Positions 1 through 14,679 of a DNA stretch of 64,000 bases are shown here, one piece after another. Positions within the stretch are counted from its first letter, which is position 1. Every line of letters begins with the position of its first letter. The stretch is from Eledone cirrhosa (taxonomy: Eukaryota), in NCBI GenBank assembly GCA_964016885.1, contig OZ024749.1:46438001-46502000 (forward strand). The letters are read 5' to 3'. Made by a program: the position numbers and the translations under genes. The notes beneath the pieces were generated by a model. It was not told where the DNA came from and did no database searches. It was given only the letters and a program-made list of their open reading frames with translations.

Positions 1-1
1 T

Positions 2-36
<35 letters not shown>

Positions 37-411
37 TTATTTATTTATTTATTTATTTATGTGTGGGTGTGTGTATAATAAGAGTTAAAACAATTATCAG
101 CTTATAGGTTGTATTTATAAATACAAAATGTTATACTGCCAAACACACACACAAACACACACACACCTGTTTGTCTCTATTACTCTCTTTATTTTCTTTT
201 TCTTTTGTATTTTACCTGGACTACCTTTTATCTTCTGTATCTATCCTTGGTGATCCTGTCTTTACTTTGGTATTCCCGAAGAAGGGCTAAATCCCAACAC
301 GTCGAACTTTCTTTCCTCTTTTCATTGTAAAGCGTGAAACTAATACTTTTGTACCTCTGTTGGTTGGTTGTTTCCTTGAACTACAAACAAACACATATAT
401 ATGTCTGTAAA

Positions 412-530
412 CCGTATTTCCCGGCGCTAAAGACGCACCCTAATTTTGAGAACCCAAAATTTGAAAAAAATAATAAACAACCTTCGGCCTAAAGGACGCA
501 TGGTAGAATTTTGAGAGTTATTTTAGGAAG
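412..530. mobile_element. Remnant of a Tc2/pogo-like (TcMar) DNA transposon end
   Basis: ACCGTATTTCCCGGCGCTAAAGACGCAC resembles, from recall, the CCGTATTT..CG..TATAAGACGCAC terminal motif of Tc2/pogo-type MITEs. A subterminal partial repeat (cggcctaaaggacgca) is present; no matching right TIR seen. Confidence 0.4.
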
Positions 531-554
531 AAAAAAAAAAAAAAAAAATATATA

Positions 555-648
<94 letters not shown>

Positions 649-665
649 GGGAGAGAGGAAAAGAG

Positions 666-778
666 TTAGGACCCCGACGGCTGAGCTCCGGCCGTTTCGA
701 CAGCTATATCTGAACTAAATATCGAGCAATCTGGTGTGCTATGGTCCACCTTGTTCCTTACCACACTTCCTTCGTTAT
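666..778. mobile_element. Short PLE pseudo-LTR-like fragment (family C) with inverted arms and a hammerhead 3' half
   Basis: Homologous to 19329-19420 and 34534-34687. The minus strand reads GAAACGGC..GCCGTC-GGGGTCC; the element ends in ttccttcgtta(TA)n. Confidence 0.55.
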
Positions 779-815
779 ATATATATATAGGGGAGAGAGA
801 GAGAGAGAGCGAGAG

Positions 816-857
<42 letters not shown>

Positions 858-1202
858 CACTTGTGATTTGACTTTATAGGAAATGATAACAAAACGTGTG
901 ATAAATTCTGTAGATGTAAGGGAGGTTACTGCTATTGCTTTAACAACGTTAAAGAAAATTCTGTAATTAATAGTATAGTGTGTTATGATACCTTTAATAA
1001 GGAATGAAAACAAAAATATATATCTTCGTCACCATGGATACCTAAGTAAATAGACCAATAAGAAATTGAATCAAAATAAAGAAAGTAATAAGTAAATAAA
1101 GAAATACATTAAATGAAATAAAGAAAGAATCAAATAAACAGGGAAAATGTTTCTAATTTTGTTCATAGGCTTTATATAAAAGTGTGTGTATATAAATACA
1201 TA

Positions 1203-1308
<106 letters not shown>

Positions 1309-1444
1309 CATACACACATATATATACATACTACTATATATTGTATCTATGTAGATATAACTATATATATATATATATGTATATATGTAGATGTAGATGT
1401 ATATATATATATATACAGCAATATATACACATATATACATGCAG

Positions 1445-1492
<48 letters not shown>

Positions 1493-1529
1493 ATAAATAA
1501 CAACATAATACATTTCATGATCTTATTGA

Positions 1530-1633
1530 TAGAAGAAGAAGAAGAAGAAGAAGAAGAAGAAGAAGAAGAAGAAGAAGAAGAAGAAAACATTGATGCTGTT
1601 GATGACGATGTTGATGATGATGAAGGGGATGCT

Positions 1634-1664
<31 letters not shown>

Positions 1665-1820
1665 ATTGTGATGGAGTTGTTGATAAGGATATTGATGATG
1701 GTCGTGATGAGAACGATGACGATAACGATGACGATGACGCTGAGGATGACGACGATAATGATGATGAAGATGGTGATGTTGATGATAGTGATTGTAATGA
1801 TTGTGGTAAGCATTATAATG
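1530..1820. repeat. (GAA)n followed by degenerate (GAT/GCT)n trinucleotide repeats
   Basis: Directly visible; explains the poly-E/D, poly-S and poly-M ORFs. Confidence 0.95.
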
Positions 1821-2004
1821 ATTAGCACAAATATCATCCTGCGGACATTTTCATCACTCCATTAACACCACATTCATCTGGACCGTCACCAATATCTTGT
1901 CTTTCGTTGTCACTAAGCCACATTACCAACATTTGTCTCTATAGCCCTACCCCGCCTCCACCAACAACACCACTGTCAACCCACGATTCGACACTGCCAC
2001 CCCC

Positions 2005-2940
2005 CGCCAGACTTCTACACTAGCAACAACACTACCACCTCCCAGACTTCTACACTACCAACACCACTGCCACCTCCCAGACTTCTACACTACCAACACC
2101 ACTGCCCCCCAGACTTCTACACTACCAACACCACTACCACCTCCCAGACTTCTACACTACCAACACCACTACCACCTCCCAGACTTCTACACTACCAACA
2201 CCACTACCACCTCCCAGACTTCTACACTACCAACACCACTACCACCTCCCAGACTTCTACACTACCAACACCACTACCATCTCCCAGACTTCTACACTAC
2301 CAACACCACTACCACCTCCCAGACTTCTACACTACCAACACCACTACCACCTCCCAGACTTCTACACTACTAACACCACTACCACCTCCCAGACTTCTAC
2401 ACTACTAACACCACTACCACCTCCCAGACTTCTACACTACCAACACCACTACCACCTCCCAGACTTCTAAACTACTAACACCACTACCACCTCCCAGACT
2501 TCTACACTACCAACACCACTACCACCTCCCAGACTTCTACACTACCAACACCACTACCACCTCCCAGACTTCTACACTACCAACACCACTACCACCTCCC
2601 AGACTTCTACACTACTAACACCACTACCACCTCCCAGACTTCTACACTACCAACACCACTACCACCTCCCAGACTTCTACACTACCAACACCACTACCAC
2701 CTCCCAGACTTCTACACTACCAACACCACTACCACCTCCCAGACTTCTACACTACCAACACCACTACCACCTCCCAGACTTCTACACTACTAACACCACT
2801 ACCACCTCCCAGACTTCTACACTACCAACACCACTACCACCTCCCAGACTTCTACACTACCAACACCACTACCACCTCCCAGACTTCTACACTACCAACA
2901 CCACTACCACCTCCCAGACTTCTACACTACCAACACCACT
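2005..2940. repeat. 35-bp minisatellite, about 27 copies
   Basis: Unit CCCAGACTTCTACACTACCAACACCACTACCACCT; period 35 (e.g. caacaccact at 2161 and 2196). Confidence 0.95.
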
Positions 2941-3700
2941 TCCATCACCACCACCGAAGTCATTAACATCAGTACCAGCTTGTCCACCCACTACTCAGCC
3001 ACCACTAACACAGACCACCACCACCACCACCACCACCACCACCACCGATAATAGTATTAATAGCATGGCTATCTCAACAAAGACGTCGTCTTCTATCAAC
3101 CAAACACCGCCAACAACACCACCAACACCGCCAAAACCAAGAACATGAACAACAAAAACAACATTACAACCTGCCCAACATCAGCTTTCACCATCTGCTC
3201 CCCTACAATAAGTCACTTTACAGCACGACTATACTCAACAATATCCCAAACACTACCACTGAAACCTCACCCATAAACACCAACTCTACTACCACCTTCA
3301 ACAATACCACTAGTACTACATCCTCCACAAACAACACAGCTATTCCATCACTCACAAACACCATGTATACTATCTTCTTTACAAACAGCACAATTACAAA
3401 CTCCCTCGCAAACACCACCAACACTATCTCCTTCACAAACTCCATCACTAAAACCTCCCTACATACACGAGGACTACTAACTCCTCTACAAACACCGCAA
3501 GAAGAATCTCATCGATAAACAGCACCTCTCTTTGCTCCTCTACAAACACCACCACTACTACCCCCTCTACAAATACCACTACTATAACTTCATCCACAAA
3601 CACCACCACTACTACTTCCTATACAACCACCACCACTTCAGTCTTATACACGAACATCAACACGATCATCTTACAGACAAATATCGCCATACTGTTTGAT
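2941..3700. repeat. Degenerate (CAC/CAA)-rich low-complexity region
   Basis: Recurrent acaaacaccaccactac-like motifs and (CAC)n. Confidence 0.7.
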
Positions 3701-4245
3701 CCTGAAATGCCACCACAAATATTTCACCCAATAATCTCTAACCCAGTAATACATCATCCATAACTACCACAATCAATTGAATTATCTACAATTATCCACC
3801 ATCAAGTGATCCACTCGCTTCACCTTCTAGAAATAGCAGCTAAATCTCCAACAAATCAAATACCTATCGTCTCCCACATTGGTAAGTAACATTGGGAAAT
3901 AGGTTTTTAATGATAGAAAGAAATGAGATGTGTATGGAATGACACTTATTTCATCCAAAGAGCTGCTCGATCCATAGACACTTTGAATTACATAGATCAT
4001 AAACAGTCAGGGCAAGCTGCGAACTGCGAGCTGTTTGCGGTTCGTTTGGCTTTCTGAATAGTAGGCCTACTATCAAAATTGTCTTGGATGTTTTTAGTAG
4101 TGCGGCCGGCCTTATGATGAGCCACATCCTATGAGGGCCACTACTGGAAAATGTTTGCCTATATCTGGGCTAGATTAACAATACCAAAGGAGACATCTCT
4201 ATGTAGTCATAACACTCGCTAAAACTTCAACCAAATCACTTTGAA

Positions 4246-4435
4246 ATAATTGTTTCTACATTTGGTACAAGGCCAGCAATTACCCAGTGCATTACTAGTA
4301 CTTTATTTTATCGACTCCGTAAGGATGAAAGGCAAAATTGACTTCGGCAGGAATTGAACTCAGACTGCAAACGGCTGGAATTTTATGCTGCACACATGGC
4401 GTCCGACCTTCTACCATTACTGCCGGTCCACCGCC
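4246..4435 (-). mobile_element. tRNA-derived SINE
   Basis: Reverse complement of the family consensus (A-box, B-box GAGTTCAA.TCC, central TTGCCTTTCATCCTTACGGGGTCGATAAAATAAAGTAC); flanked by direct repeat aaatcactttgaaataat at 4233 and 4436. Confidence 0.9.
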
Positions 4436-4447
4436 AAATCACTTTGA

Positions 4448-4630
4448 AATAATTGTTTCTACTTTTGGCACAAGACCAGCAATTTTTCCAGTACATTACT
4501 GGTACTTTATTTTATCGACCCGGTAAGGATGAAAGGCAAAGTTAACCTCGGCGGGATTTGAACTCAGATCATAAAGAGCCGTAACTCTTTGCTGATAAGC
4601 ATGGTGTCTGACTTTCTACCGATACTGCCT
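4448..4630 (-). mobile_element. tRNA-derived SINE
   Basis: Second tandem copy of the same family. Confidence 0.9.
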
Positions 4631-5473
4631 TAAGTTAAATGTGGTTTGTTTTAGATGTACTAAGTTTTAATGAAAGACGAGAGTGTCTTGGATGGAACGC
4701 CTCTCAACATATGTCTGTTTAATCAGAACTGACCCAAGGCTAAACAACAACAATAACAATAACAATAACACTGCCATTGTAGATTCTATCACAATAATTA
4801 CATATTCATCACCTTCCTTTCAACTTCCCCACAACAATTAACACACAATTCTGCAGGCTATGCATCCACATCCAACGCATATATACATATACATATAAAC
4901 ATACACACACTAACATTATACAAACTAACCACAAACATACACACATAGGCACGCACAATAAAAAAGTCATACTCACAACAGACAGAGACTCACACAAATT
5001 CCGTATCATATATACCAGACATAAAGACTAACGTAGAGAACCATCCGCATGACTATATGCCTGTCACATGGGAATCAGGGCTAAAACCGACCAATCACAA
5101 CCTTTGACAACCTCTATTTCAACTATACTATGAAGATCTCCTTTCTCTCCTTCCCACATTCACTATCTCTCTCGTAATCTTCCAACAGATATATCTTTAT
5201 TTTCAATCCTCTCTTCTATCTCTTCCTCAAGCAATCGATCTTATTTGATATTTTGGTATTTGCTATATATATTCTTTATATAGGTTCTTCCTTGTGAGCG
5301 TCCTTTCAACACATACTCTATCTCCTACCTAACTATACGTCTACAGGTCAAACTGCCTACACATCTATCTCTCTAACTATCTATCTATCTATCCATCTAT
5401 CTATCTATCTATCTATCTATATATATATATATATCTATCAATCTATATATGACTCTCTTTCGATCTTTCTCGT

Positions 5474-5506
<33 letters not shown>

Positions 5507-5599
5507 ATGTAATCATCTCTCTCTTTATCTATCTACATATGTAAGTATGAATATATGTTTCTATCTACCTACCGACACTCCCCCCCTCTCTCTCTGAAT

Positions 5600-5636
<37 letters not shown>

Positions 5637-5769
5637 CCCGCCGAAATGCGTTTCTCGCTAAATTTATATTTATATATATATATATATACATACATACAAA
5701 CATATATATATACACACATACATACATATATATATATATACATACATATAAACATATATATATACACAC

Positions 5770-5837
<68 letters not shown>

Positions 5838-6181
5838 GTCTATAATATAGTGGATAGTGGCTAGTTAACAGGAATCAGTAGACCGTCGAACCAATATCGA
5901 CCGCTCAGTTTATGAGATGAAATCTCTCTGGCGTCAGCTTTACTGCTCTTCATTCTCTTGGTTGAAGGGGTGGCAATAAAGTAAGTATCAACCATGCTCT
6001 GTGCTGAATTCGATCAATGCTGGCTCACTAAAAAAGAAAACGAAAGAAAAAAATGCATTTGCACCTAGTTACAAGAAATCTATCTCATTGAATCACACGC
6101 AAGCACAGAGCCAACTAGAACATTTTATAATACACACACATATGTATACACACACACACACACACACACACATACACACAT

Positions 6182-6214
<33 letters not shown>

Positions 6215-6300
6215 CATACACGCACAATATATATATGTATATATGCACATATGTATATATGTGCATATACGTATATATATAATACGTATATATATAAATA

Positions 6301-6355
<55 letters not shown>

Positions 6356-6392
6356 ATATATATAAATATATATATATATACATAGGTATCTT

Positions 6393-6608
<216 letters not shown>

Positions 6609-6906
6609 CGCAGATACTGCTAGCCTAATGTAAATGTAACTTTTGAAAATAGTCCACTGACTGTAAGAAAAACCTTTCACAGAGAAGCTGGAAACGAAAC
6701 AGAAGATGACAGATAAAGCAAAGAAAATATAATAATGTTGGCCGTCTATAACCTGTCTATTTTCGATATCTCAGCTGTTTCAACAACCAATATATTAGTA
6801 CAGCCAAGTCTAAAACACTGCCACAGTGTGAAGCAAAGATGTTTTATCAATTCCCTGAATTTTATGTGTGAATGGTATTTATAGCAAAAACCTGGAAGAG
6901 AGAAGT

Positions 6907-7036
6907 GTACATAGCGCTTGATAAATAGTGATGTCGGGTACATAGCGCGTAATAAATATATTTGAAAAGAGATGTCAGGTACATAGCGCTTAATACATAT
7001 ACTTTTAACAGTGTTGTCGGGTACATAGCGCTTAAT
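6907..7036. repeat. Short degenerate tandem repeat with core GTACATAGCGC, 4 copies
   Basis: gtacatagcgc recurs at about 6907, 6937, 6979 and 7021. Confidence 0.8.
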
Positions 7037-7191
7037 ACCTGAAATACATGAAAAACATCGATGTATGGTTAAACATTCCTACATTCCTAAATGAATCGTA
7101 AGCTTGATACGACCAGTCTAAAAATGAAACCGTATAAGTTGGAGATTGAATAAGAGGCACATTTTAGGCCAGGCGAGAGAGAGATAGAGAG

Positions 7192-7289
<98 letters not shown>

Positions 7290-7810
7290 TGAGAGAGGGA
7301 GAAAGTGATTGCTATTGTTTGATAGAGAGGGGGGGGGGGTTTGAGTGAGAGAAGGAGAAAGAGATGGACATTGTTAGAGAGAGAGAGTGAGAGGGGGGGG
7401 GGGGGTGAGAGATAATGAGTGAGAGAAAGAGAAAGGGATTGACATTGCTAGAGAGAGAATGAGTGAAAGAAGGAGAAAGAGATTGCCATTGTTAGAGAGA
7501 GAGGTGAGGTATAATTACCACAGTCGCTGCTAGAAATGAAGAACACCCTCTAACAGGAAGTTGCAAAAGAGGAGGACAAATTGCTGATAGGAGGAAGTAG
7601 ATGCACGGAGAATGAAAGAAGGGAGGGAAATCAGTGTTGCAGTAAAAATAGCAAATACTTGATTGTTACTAATGGACAGGAAGCTAGAAATTCTGATCTT
7701 AATGATGCATCCATCGATTGTTTATACGCTGAAAACTCCGACTTTTGACTAAAGAAATTTTAGCCTGATAGTGGGGTTTAAAACTCTCTGTCAATACTGT
7801 GTGTGTGCGC

Positions 7811-7841
<31 letters not shown>

Positions 7842-9615
7842 TGTGTGTTTGTGTGTGGCCTCATCACAACCCACATTAAATCGAGACAAATATCGTGGAA
7901 AACTTAACTTTGGTGACATTTGAACACAGAACGTAACTGGACGTAACTAATTATAAATTAGTTATTAAATGTAATGTTTTAACGTTATCTGACGCCTTGC
8001 CAATACCCTAGTTATTGAAATAATGAAATTATACGGAAACTTTTTAAGTGCTCGTAACTTTTCTCTTTTCTATTTCTCTTTTTCATTTTCACTGTTGTGT
8101 TAAGACTTAGATTAAAATTGATGATGTACGAAAATGTTTCTTTTCTAGCTCTGGCTTCGGGGCATTGTAAATAATATAAGTGACAACTATGATAGCACGA
8201 CGGGAAAGCTTTTTCCATGGAAGTTAGTTTAAAAAGGTTTTCGTTATGTTTACACTTCAGGCAAAAGCTCGCGTTAGATTTGCCGAAGGATAGTAAAGTA
8301 AAATTGAGGGATGGTGGTAGTACAATATTCCGAATATTACATCTTGTAAGAGATGCAACTGGTTACATTAGTGGTAGTGGTGATGGTGAAGGTGATTTTG
8401 AGAGTTAGGGTTGTAATTAAGGCAGTGAGGGTGCTAATACTATTGAGGTAACAATAGATTATTTCTAAAACTTTAAAAGAAAAGATCAAACCACCAGTTA
8501 AATATGAAAGTACAAACGAAGACACAATGGCTTCACATCAAACAATATGATTATTCACTAAAATACTAAACTAACAATCTAAAGGTAAACAACTAAAGCT
8601 ACTTGTCAATGGTTATCAGTAAGAGAATATTGACAATTTGTATTCGGTCATACTTGTCAATAGGTTCGTGAAACTATGATCATTAATTTCACCGAAAACT
8701 GCAGTAGAAGTTGCAGATCAAACAAAGATGCAGAGCAGTGACACGTGCATATGAAACGACATATATTTAACCACCACCACCATCCCACCGTTCATTTACA
8801 ATGTTATCTGTATATTCTTGTGAATCATGCAGCTGATTTTGAAAATTCTAACAATTGTCTAAGTTTAGCACTCCACATAGAGTATATTGCCAAATATACT
8901 ATACATACATTCATGTATACATCGCTATTTCAGAGCACCAATACTAATACCGAATTTTTGCTGGACCAGCAATCGATCTGTATAATCAGCTCCTGATTAT
9001 TATTGGAATTCTATAAGAATCCAGCCTCTATAATTCTCGGTCTCGGCAAAGCGAGAAGCAGACTGTTATATATATATGTATATATATTAAGGTCTCCCCT
9101 TCAAAATTTATTTTTCGTTTCATTTAAAAATTTTATTTCCTACTGTAACGTAGGTGTTTATATCTTCTTCCTCATTTATTGTTATGGCTTACATTTTTAA
9201 CACGATATCTTATATACTTCTTCTTGTTTTTTTTTCCGTTTTTTTGCTTTATCCTTTTTATTTTCTTTGTTTCGCACAGGTTTCACCCATGCTCTGTGAG
9301 GCACCAGAAAATTTGTCTAACATTACACAAATTGTATGTTTTTTTTTTAGCTTAACGAATATAATTTAATGTTTCACTTTCATCTCTTACTCCTTTGAAC
9401 AGCGTTTGACTCATGTGACACCAGTTGGACGAGCAGTACCGTTGGTAGGGGTTGAAACTGCCTAAGTCTATCTCAACAGCCGATGACGATTGACATTTGT
9501 GTCCGTTTATATCTTTTAAAAAAATATCTTTTTAATGTTTTCCTTTAAAAAATCAATTTTCGTTTTGCTTTTTTGTTTTCGTTCGTTGTCTTATCCTTTC
9601 TTTGTTAGTTTTCTC

Positions 9616-9646
<31 letters not shown>

Positions 9647-9680
9647 CACACACACAAACACACATATATATATATACACA

Positions 9681-9718
<38 letters not shown>

Positions 9719-10443
9719 CACACACACACATATATATATATATCCCTGGAATGTCACACATATTTATGTGGATATTGAAGACAGGAATATAACGTAATTT
9801 AAGGTTATGGCTGAATAAATATGGGAGGTGATTGTACGAGCTGACTGTTTAAGAAACAATATATTCTCTCGTGTCATTCTAAGATGAGCGTCAGAAATTT
9901 GAAATGTAAGTTTATTAACTCCTCACAACAATTGAACTTTATGACCATCTATTGTAGAATTTAACATTCCCATGTTTAATTGAAGGAGTAATACTGTGGA
10001 TAGTTATTCACTAACATTTTAATTGATTTCTTTAGAATAAGAGCGTATTTGGTTTATATAAATTATAGAATTGTTCTGCAAGTCTTACATATCCAAGATA
10101 ATTAATTGATGATAACGGAAATTTAATTAATCATTTCCTAGTAAAATATTTTCCACTATTTACCAAACCCTACATTATAGCTATTAACCGTTGTTTTAAT
10201 AAAGTTTAGCTTTTATTGAAAAAAAGAAAGAAAAAATCAAACAGGTAGCTATATATATATATATATATAGCTACCTGTGTGTATATATGGGTTGTCTTGG
10301 TCAGTACATGATCTGTAATTATATTATCAACGTCGTAATTAGCGGAGTATAAAGGGTAAAATTGATCTAGTCAGCGTTTGTAAGCAAATGGTAAACATAA
10401 TTTAAAACTTTTACATATTTCGTCATCTTCTCTTCCAATTCTA

Positions 10444-10655
10444 TGGATTGCCAGTGTCGGTAGAAGGTCGGATGCCATGCTTTGCAGCATAGAATTAAGG
10501 CCCTTTATGATCTGAGTTCAAATTCGGCCGAGGTTAACTTAGCCTTTCATCCTTACGGAGTAGATAAATAAAGTACCAGTAATACACTGGGGTCGATTTA
10601 ATCGACCCCCCCCATTTTTGGCCTTGTGCCTAAATCAGAAACAATCATTATTATT
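10444..10655 (+). mobile_element. tRNA-derived SINE (longer 3' variant)
   Basis: B-box gagttcaaattc, central gcctttcatccttacggagtagataaa, (ATT)n tail. Confidence 0.9.
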
Positions 10656-12012
10656 TTACTAGAGACGGAAGAGAAATTCCTGTAAGACGTTTCCAGCTTT
10701 CTCATGTAGGCGGGAGGTAGGAAGTTGATTTTAAACCAGAGACCGATAAACAGAGTCGACTGCGCTAAATCGGACATGATAAGCCTGACAATGTATCAAC
10801 TTTCCTACGAATATTTTCATCTTTGTGATTTTATCTATGAAGTGAAAATTGCTTAAGTAAATACTGCAAGCTTTCATGCATACCATTTCACCATCCCGTA
10901 CCATTTCACCATTCCATCACCTCAAACTTTAGTTTATCGAACGTTAAACGCTGAAAAGCAAAATTGACCTCTGCGGATTTTGAAATTGAGGAACGAGGTA
11001 TTCTTCTCTACATTCTAAAGAATCTGTCATTTTGGTGCCTTAAATTCTGCCACATTCCTTTCTCAATTATGTTCGATAATTGACTTCTAACACAGTTCGC
11101 AAAGGCCACAATTTTCTAGATAATCGTATAATCGATGAATTTGACACCGGTAATTGAATAGTAGTTATTTGATCACAATCTGGGGAACGAAAGTCAAAAA
11201 CAATCTCGGTGTTATTTAAACAAAAAACATACATTGATGTTATAAAATACCAAAATGTAGTTTCTTATCTACCTTTCTCAAGATATGTTTTATAATTCAT
11301 GGTTTACTACGATCATTATTGGAGACTTATTCTGCAGTAAGTACATCTCACTAAAGCAATAGCCATTAAGAGCTTTTTATTATTTTGGCCAAAGCGTCTA
11401 GTTTTCATATGGCAATACCACAAACGTTCCTAATGAAGCAGATTTGTTTCTATTACAGAATGAATTATATACAAACCTTTCTTTGGTGAAACATTCCACG
11501 AATGATTTGAACTTAAAATTCTTAATTATCATTGATCAGCGTTTTAATGGCAGTCAACTTCACCATTAAATGTTTACAGATCATTAGTATATTGTATATG
11601 TTTGGACAATTATTATTACTATCAAATGTTTGGACACCAATATATAATATTTGCAAATCATTATTAATCGTATATATATATATATATATGTGTGCAGCGA
11701 GAGGAACGATTTCTAGCAAAGACAAACATATTTATGCTATAAAAGAAGTCATTAGACTAATATTCTATTTAGAATAACCAAATGATTTCCAGCACCGGAG
11801 TTTGAGAATAATGTAAATAAAATTATCGTTATACATTTGGAGGGTCATGTTATTATTAAACGAAAATGACAGAAGTTATATATATCCTAGATATCGTTCG
11901 TCTATTTGCGTTGAGAAAACGTACTTCTTTCGATATCTGGGAATTAGTATTATTCGCTGGTTTTACGGGAGGAACATATCTTTCATTCATGTACCTACTA
12001 TTTATTACAAGG

Positions 12013-12051
<39 letters not shown>

Positions 12052-12147
12052 ATATCGCACTTAATGTTTCCCAGTGCGGCAAAATATCACTTTATTAGAC
12101 TGTTTGTATTCCCCCATGGTTTGTATATTGTCGTAGTTTTAAATAAT

Positions 12148-12335
12148 TGTTTCTACTTTAGGCACAAGGCCAGCAATTACCCAGTGCATTACTGGTACGT
12201 TATTTTATTGACCTCGTAAGGATGAAAGGCAAAGTCAACCTCGGCGGGATTTGACCTCAGATCGTAAAGGGACGTAACTATGCTGGAAAGCATGGCGTCC
12301 GACCCTCTACGGATACTGCCAATCCACCGCCCTAT
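12148..12335 (-). mobile_element. tRNA-derived SINE with TSD
   Basis: Family consensus on the minus strand; 14-bp TSD tagttttaaataat at 12134 and 12336. Confidence 0.92.
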
Positions 12336-13659
12336 TAGTTTTAAATAATGAATATCGACAAAGAGATCCACCTCCTGAAAGCAAAACCAAAATAACTATT
12401 TACATTTCTTACAAAAGAAAACAAATATGAACACGAATATTTAGCACCGACGCACATACCTATCAGGAGAGAAAATATCTCTTTGAGCACCAAGGGTGAT
12501 TGTAATAAGTAGCTTGTGCGATATCAACAAGAGAAACTATTGAAGTATAATTACATAGAGAAATGCTTTGTCAAACGGAATTATACAAAAGAACTGTCGC
12601 TTCCAATAGTACTTCCGATAGTAAGTATTTAGATATGAAAAAATACTTTTGGTTAGAAAGAGAATGACTAGAGTATGTCGAATGTAAAACCTATATCTCT
12701 TTATCGAAACAATATATTCAGGCACGGAAAAAAAAAGAATACGTATCTGTGTCTTAATAAAACTACAAAGGATCAAATGTAAGAACCTGTAGGTGATGTG
12801 AGGAACAGCATCTCCTTTGCCAGAAGTAAGGCGTACGATATTATAAACTAAATCTTTCAAGACAGAGTCCGAAACGGCTAATGTATTACAAGGAGAACAC
12901 TCAAAGTTATGGCTATCGGCATGGAAGTCTAGATTAACTTGACATTTTCGAAAGATTTGAGTAAACGGTGAGCGGTGATATCACGAAAAATGAGTTGATG
13001 AGAGTTTTACTCTCAGCGTAGATATTCTGAACATATACAACCCCACATTGAATCCGACGCTCTAACTAATCCGAGACTTTCCGTGGTTCGATTTAATAAG
13101 AAATGTATCATAGAATCAGGAAGGGAGGATAAGAGAAAAAACAATAACAAAAGTCAATAAAACCCTCAAACCCTAATCAGTATTATCAGTAATACAGCCT
13201 TTATCATCATGGACAAATTATCATCCTCATCATTATTCTTACCATCATTAATATTTAATATTGAAATGCGCGTGATCATAATGATGATAATTGTAAAGAT
13301 AATTACTGTGATAATCAGCATAATGAAGAAATGACTCATAATCGTGTTAATAATCATTATAAACATTATGAAAAACACTTCCTACACATCAAGAACGAGA
13401 GAGACAAAGACGACAACGAAGACAGTTTTAGTAACAAAAAGACTGAACTTACATGAGAACAAAACGAAAACTTCCTGAAATTTTATGTGGAGAAACAATA
13501 GCAGAAAGAAGGGATGAATGGATCCTTCCATTAAGATAAAAAAATAAAAAATAAATTAAAAAGCATGCAATCCCACCCCAAAACAAACCCAAACCAAACT
13601 CCCCTCCTTCCTTCCATTTCTTAATTTTTCACAGTTTCTATTTGTTGTCTATTACAATT

Positions 13660-13795
13660 ATTGTCAGCATCAGTTGAGCGCCGCACAACATGCTTTGTGA
13701 CATATAGTTACGCTCCGTTGCGTTCTGAGTTAAAATCCCGGTGAAGTTACCTTTGCCTTTCATCATTGCAGGGTTGATAATATAAAAGTCGAAAC
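13660..13795 (+). mobile_element. Older, diverged SINE copy
   Basis: ttctgagttaaaatccc..tttgcctttcatcattgcagggttgataa. Confidence 0.7.
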
Positions 13796-13821
13796 ACTTA
13801 TTATTATTATTTATAGTAGTA

Positions 13822-14013
13822 AGGCGGTGAATTGGCAGTATTGGTAGAGGGTCGGACGCCATGCTTTGACGCATAGAGTTACGGCCCTTGCCATTCTGAG
13901 TTCAAATCCCGTCGAGGTTAACTTTGCCTTTTATCCTTACAGGGTCGATAAAATAAAGTACCAGTAATGTACTGGGTAATTGCTGGCCTTGTGCCAAATG
14001 TAGGAACAATTAC
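13822..14013 (+). mobile_element. tRNA-derived SINE, full length with TSD
   Basis: A-box TGGCAGTATTGG, B-box GAGTTCAAATCC; TSD tatttatagtagta at 13808 and 14014. Confidence 0.93.
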
Positions 14014-14679
14014 TATTTATAGTAGTAGTAGTGGTGGTAGTGGCGGTGACAGTCGTGGTTGTTGTAAATCGGGACTAGACGGATTGATAAATATCAGACA
14101 TGTCTTCGAGGTATGATACAATGGAATTTACCATATTTTCAAACTATGTAGACACATAACAATATTATGAATCAATATCATTCAAATCATTGATAAATAA
14201 CTCTGATGTTGTTGCTGCTGGTGTTGCTGTAGTTGTTGTTGTTGTTATTGTTGTTGTTATTGTAAACACCTGGGTACTATTTGAGAATGGAAGAACGAAA
14301 GGGATATTACAAGGACAAATACAATAGAATGCCGGAAAAACGGGGAATAGAATATGAGAGGGCAATAAATATGCCAATATAACGAACATAGTCACACAGA
14401 AAGAGATATATATATTATTGAAAATATCTGTAATATAACATATAAAGGAAGTATTTGTAAATCATAAAGCCCCAAAATAAAGATAAGTTACATTAAAGTA
14501 TAATATACTAAATGGAGAATAAACGATAAATTGTGCTAAACAGGACATGTTTTACTTATATACAATTACAATTTCCTATCTTCCCTTCTCTTTTATTCTC
14601 TACAATGCCCCGACATTTGTACGCCTCTCACCCATTCTCAACTCCCCTTAGTCTCCCTACCGTCTATTATTACTCAGTA

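Noticed and set aside
1397-1825. Acidic D/E-rich ORF
   Set aside because: Product of (GAA)n/(GAT)n repeats starting within (TA)n.
2005-2940. CRISPR-like or mucin-like interpretation of the 35-bp repeat
   Set aside because: No unique spacers, eukaryotic context, and the unit length is not a multiple of 3.
7801-7850. (GC)n/(GT)n potential Z-DNA tract
   Set aside because: Ordinary microsatellite in this genome context.
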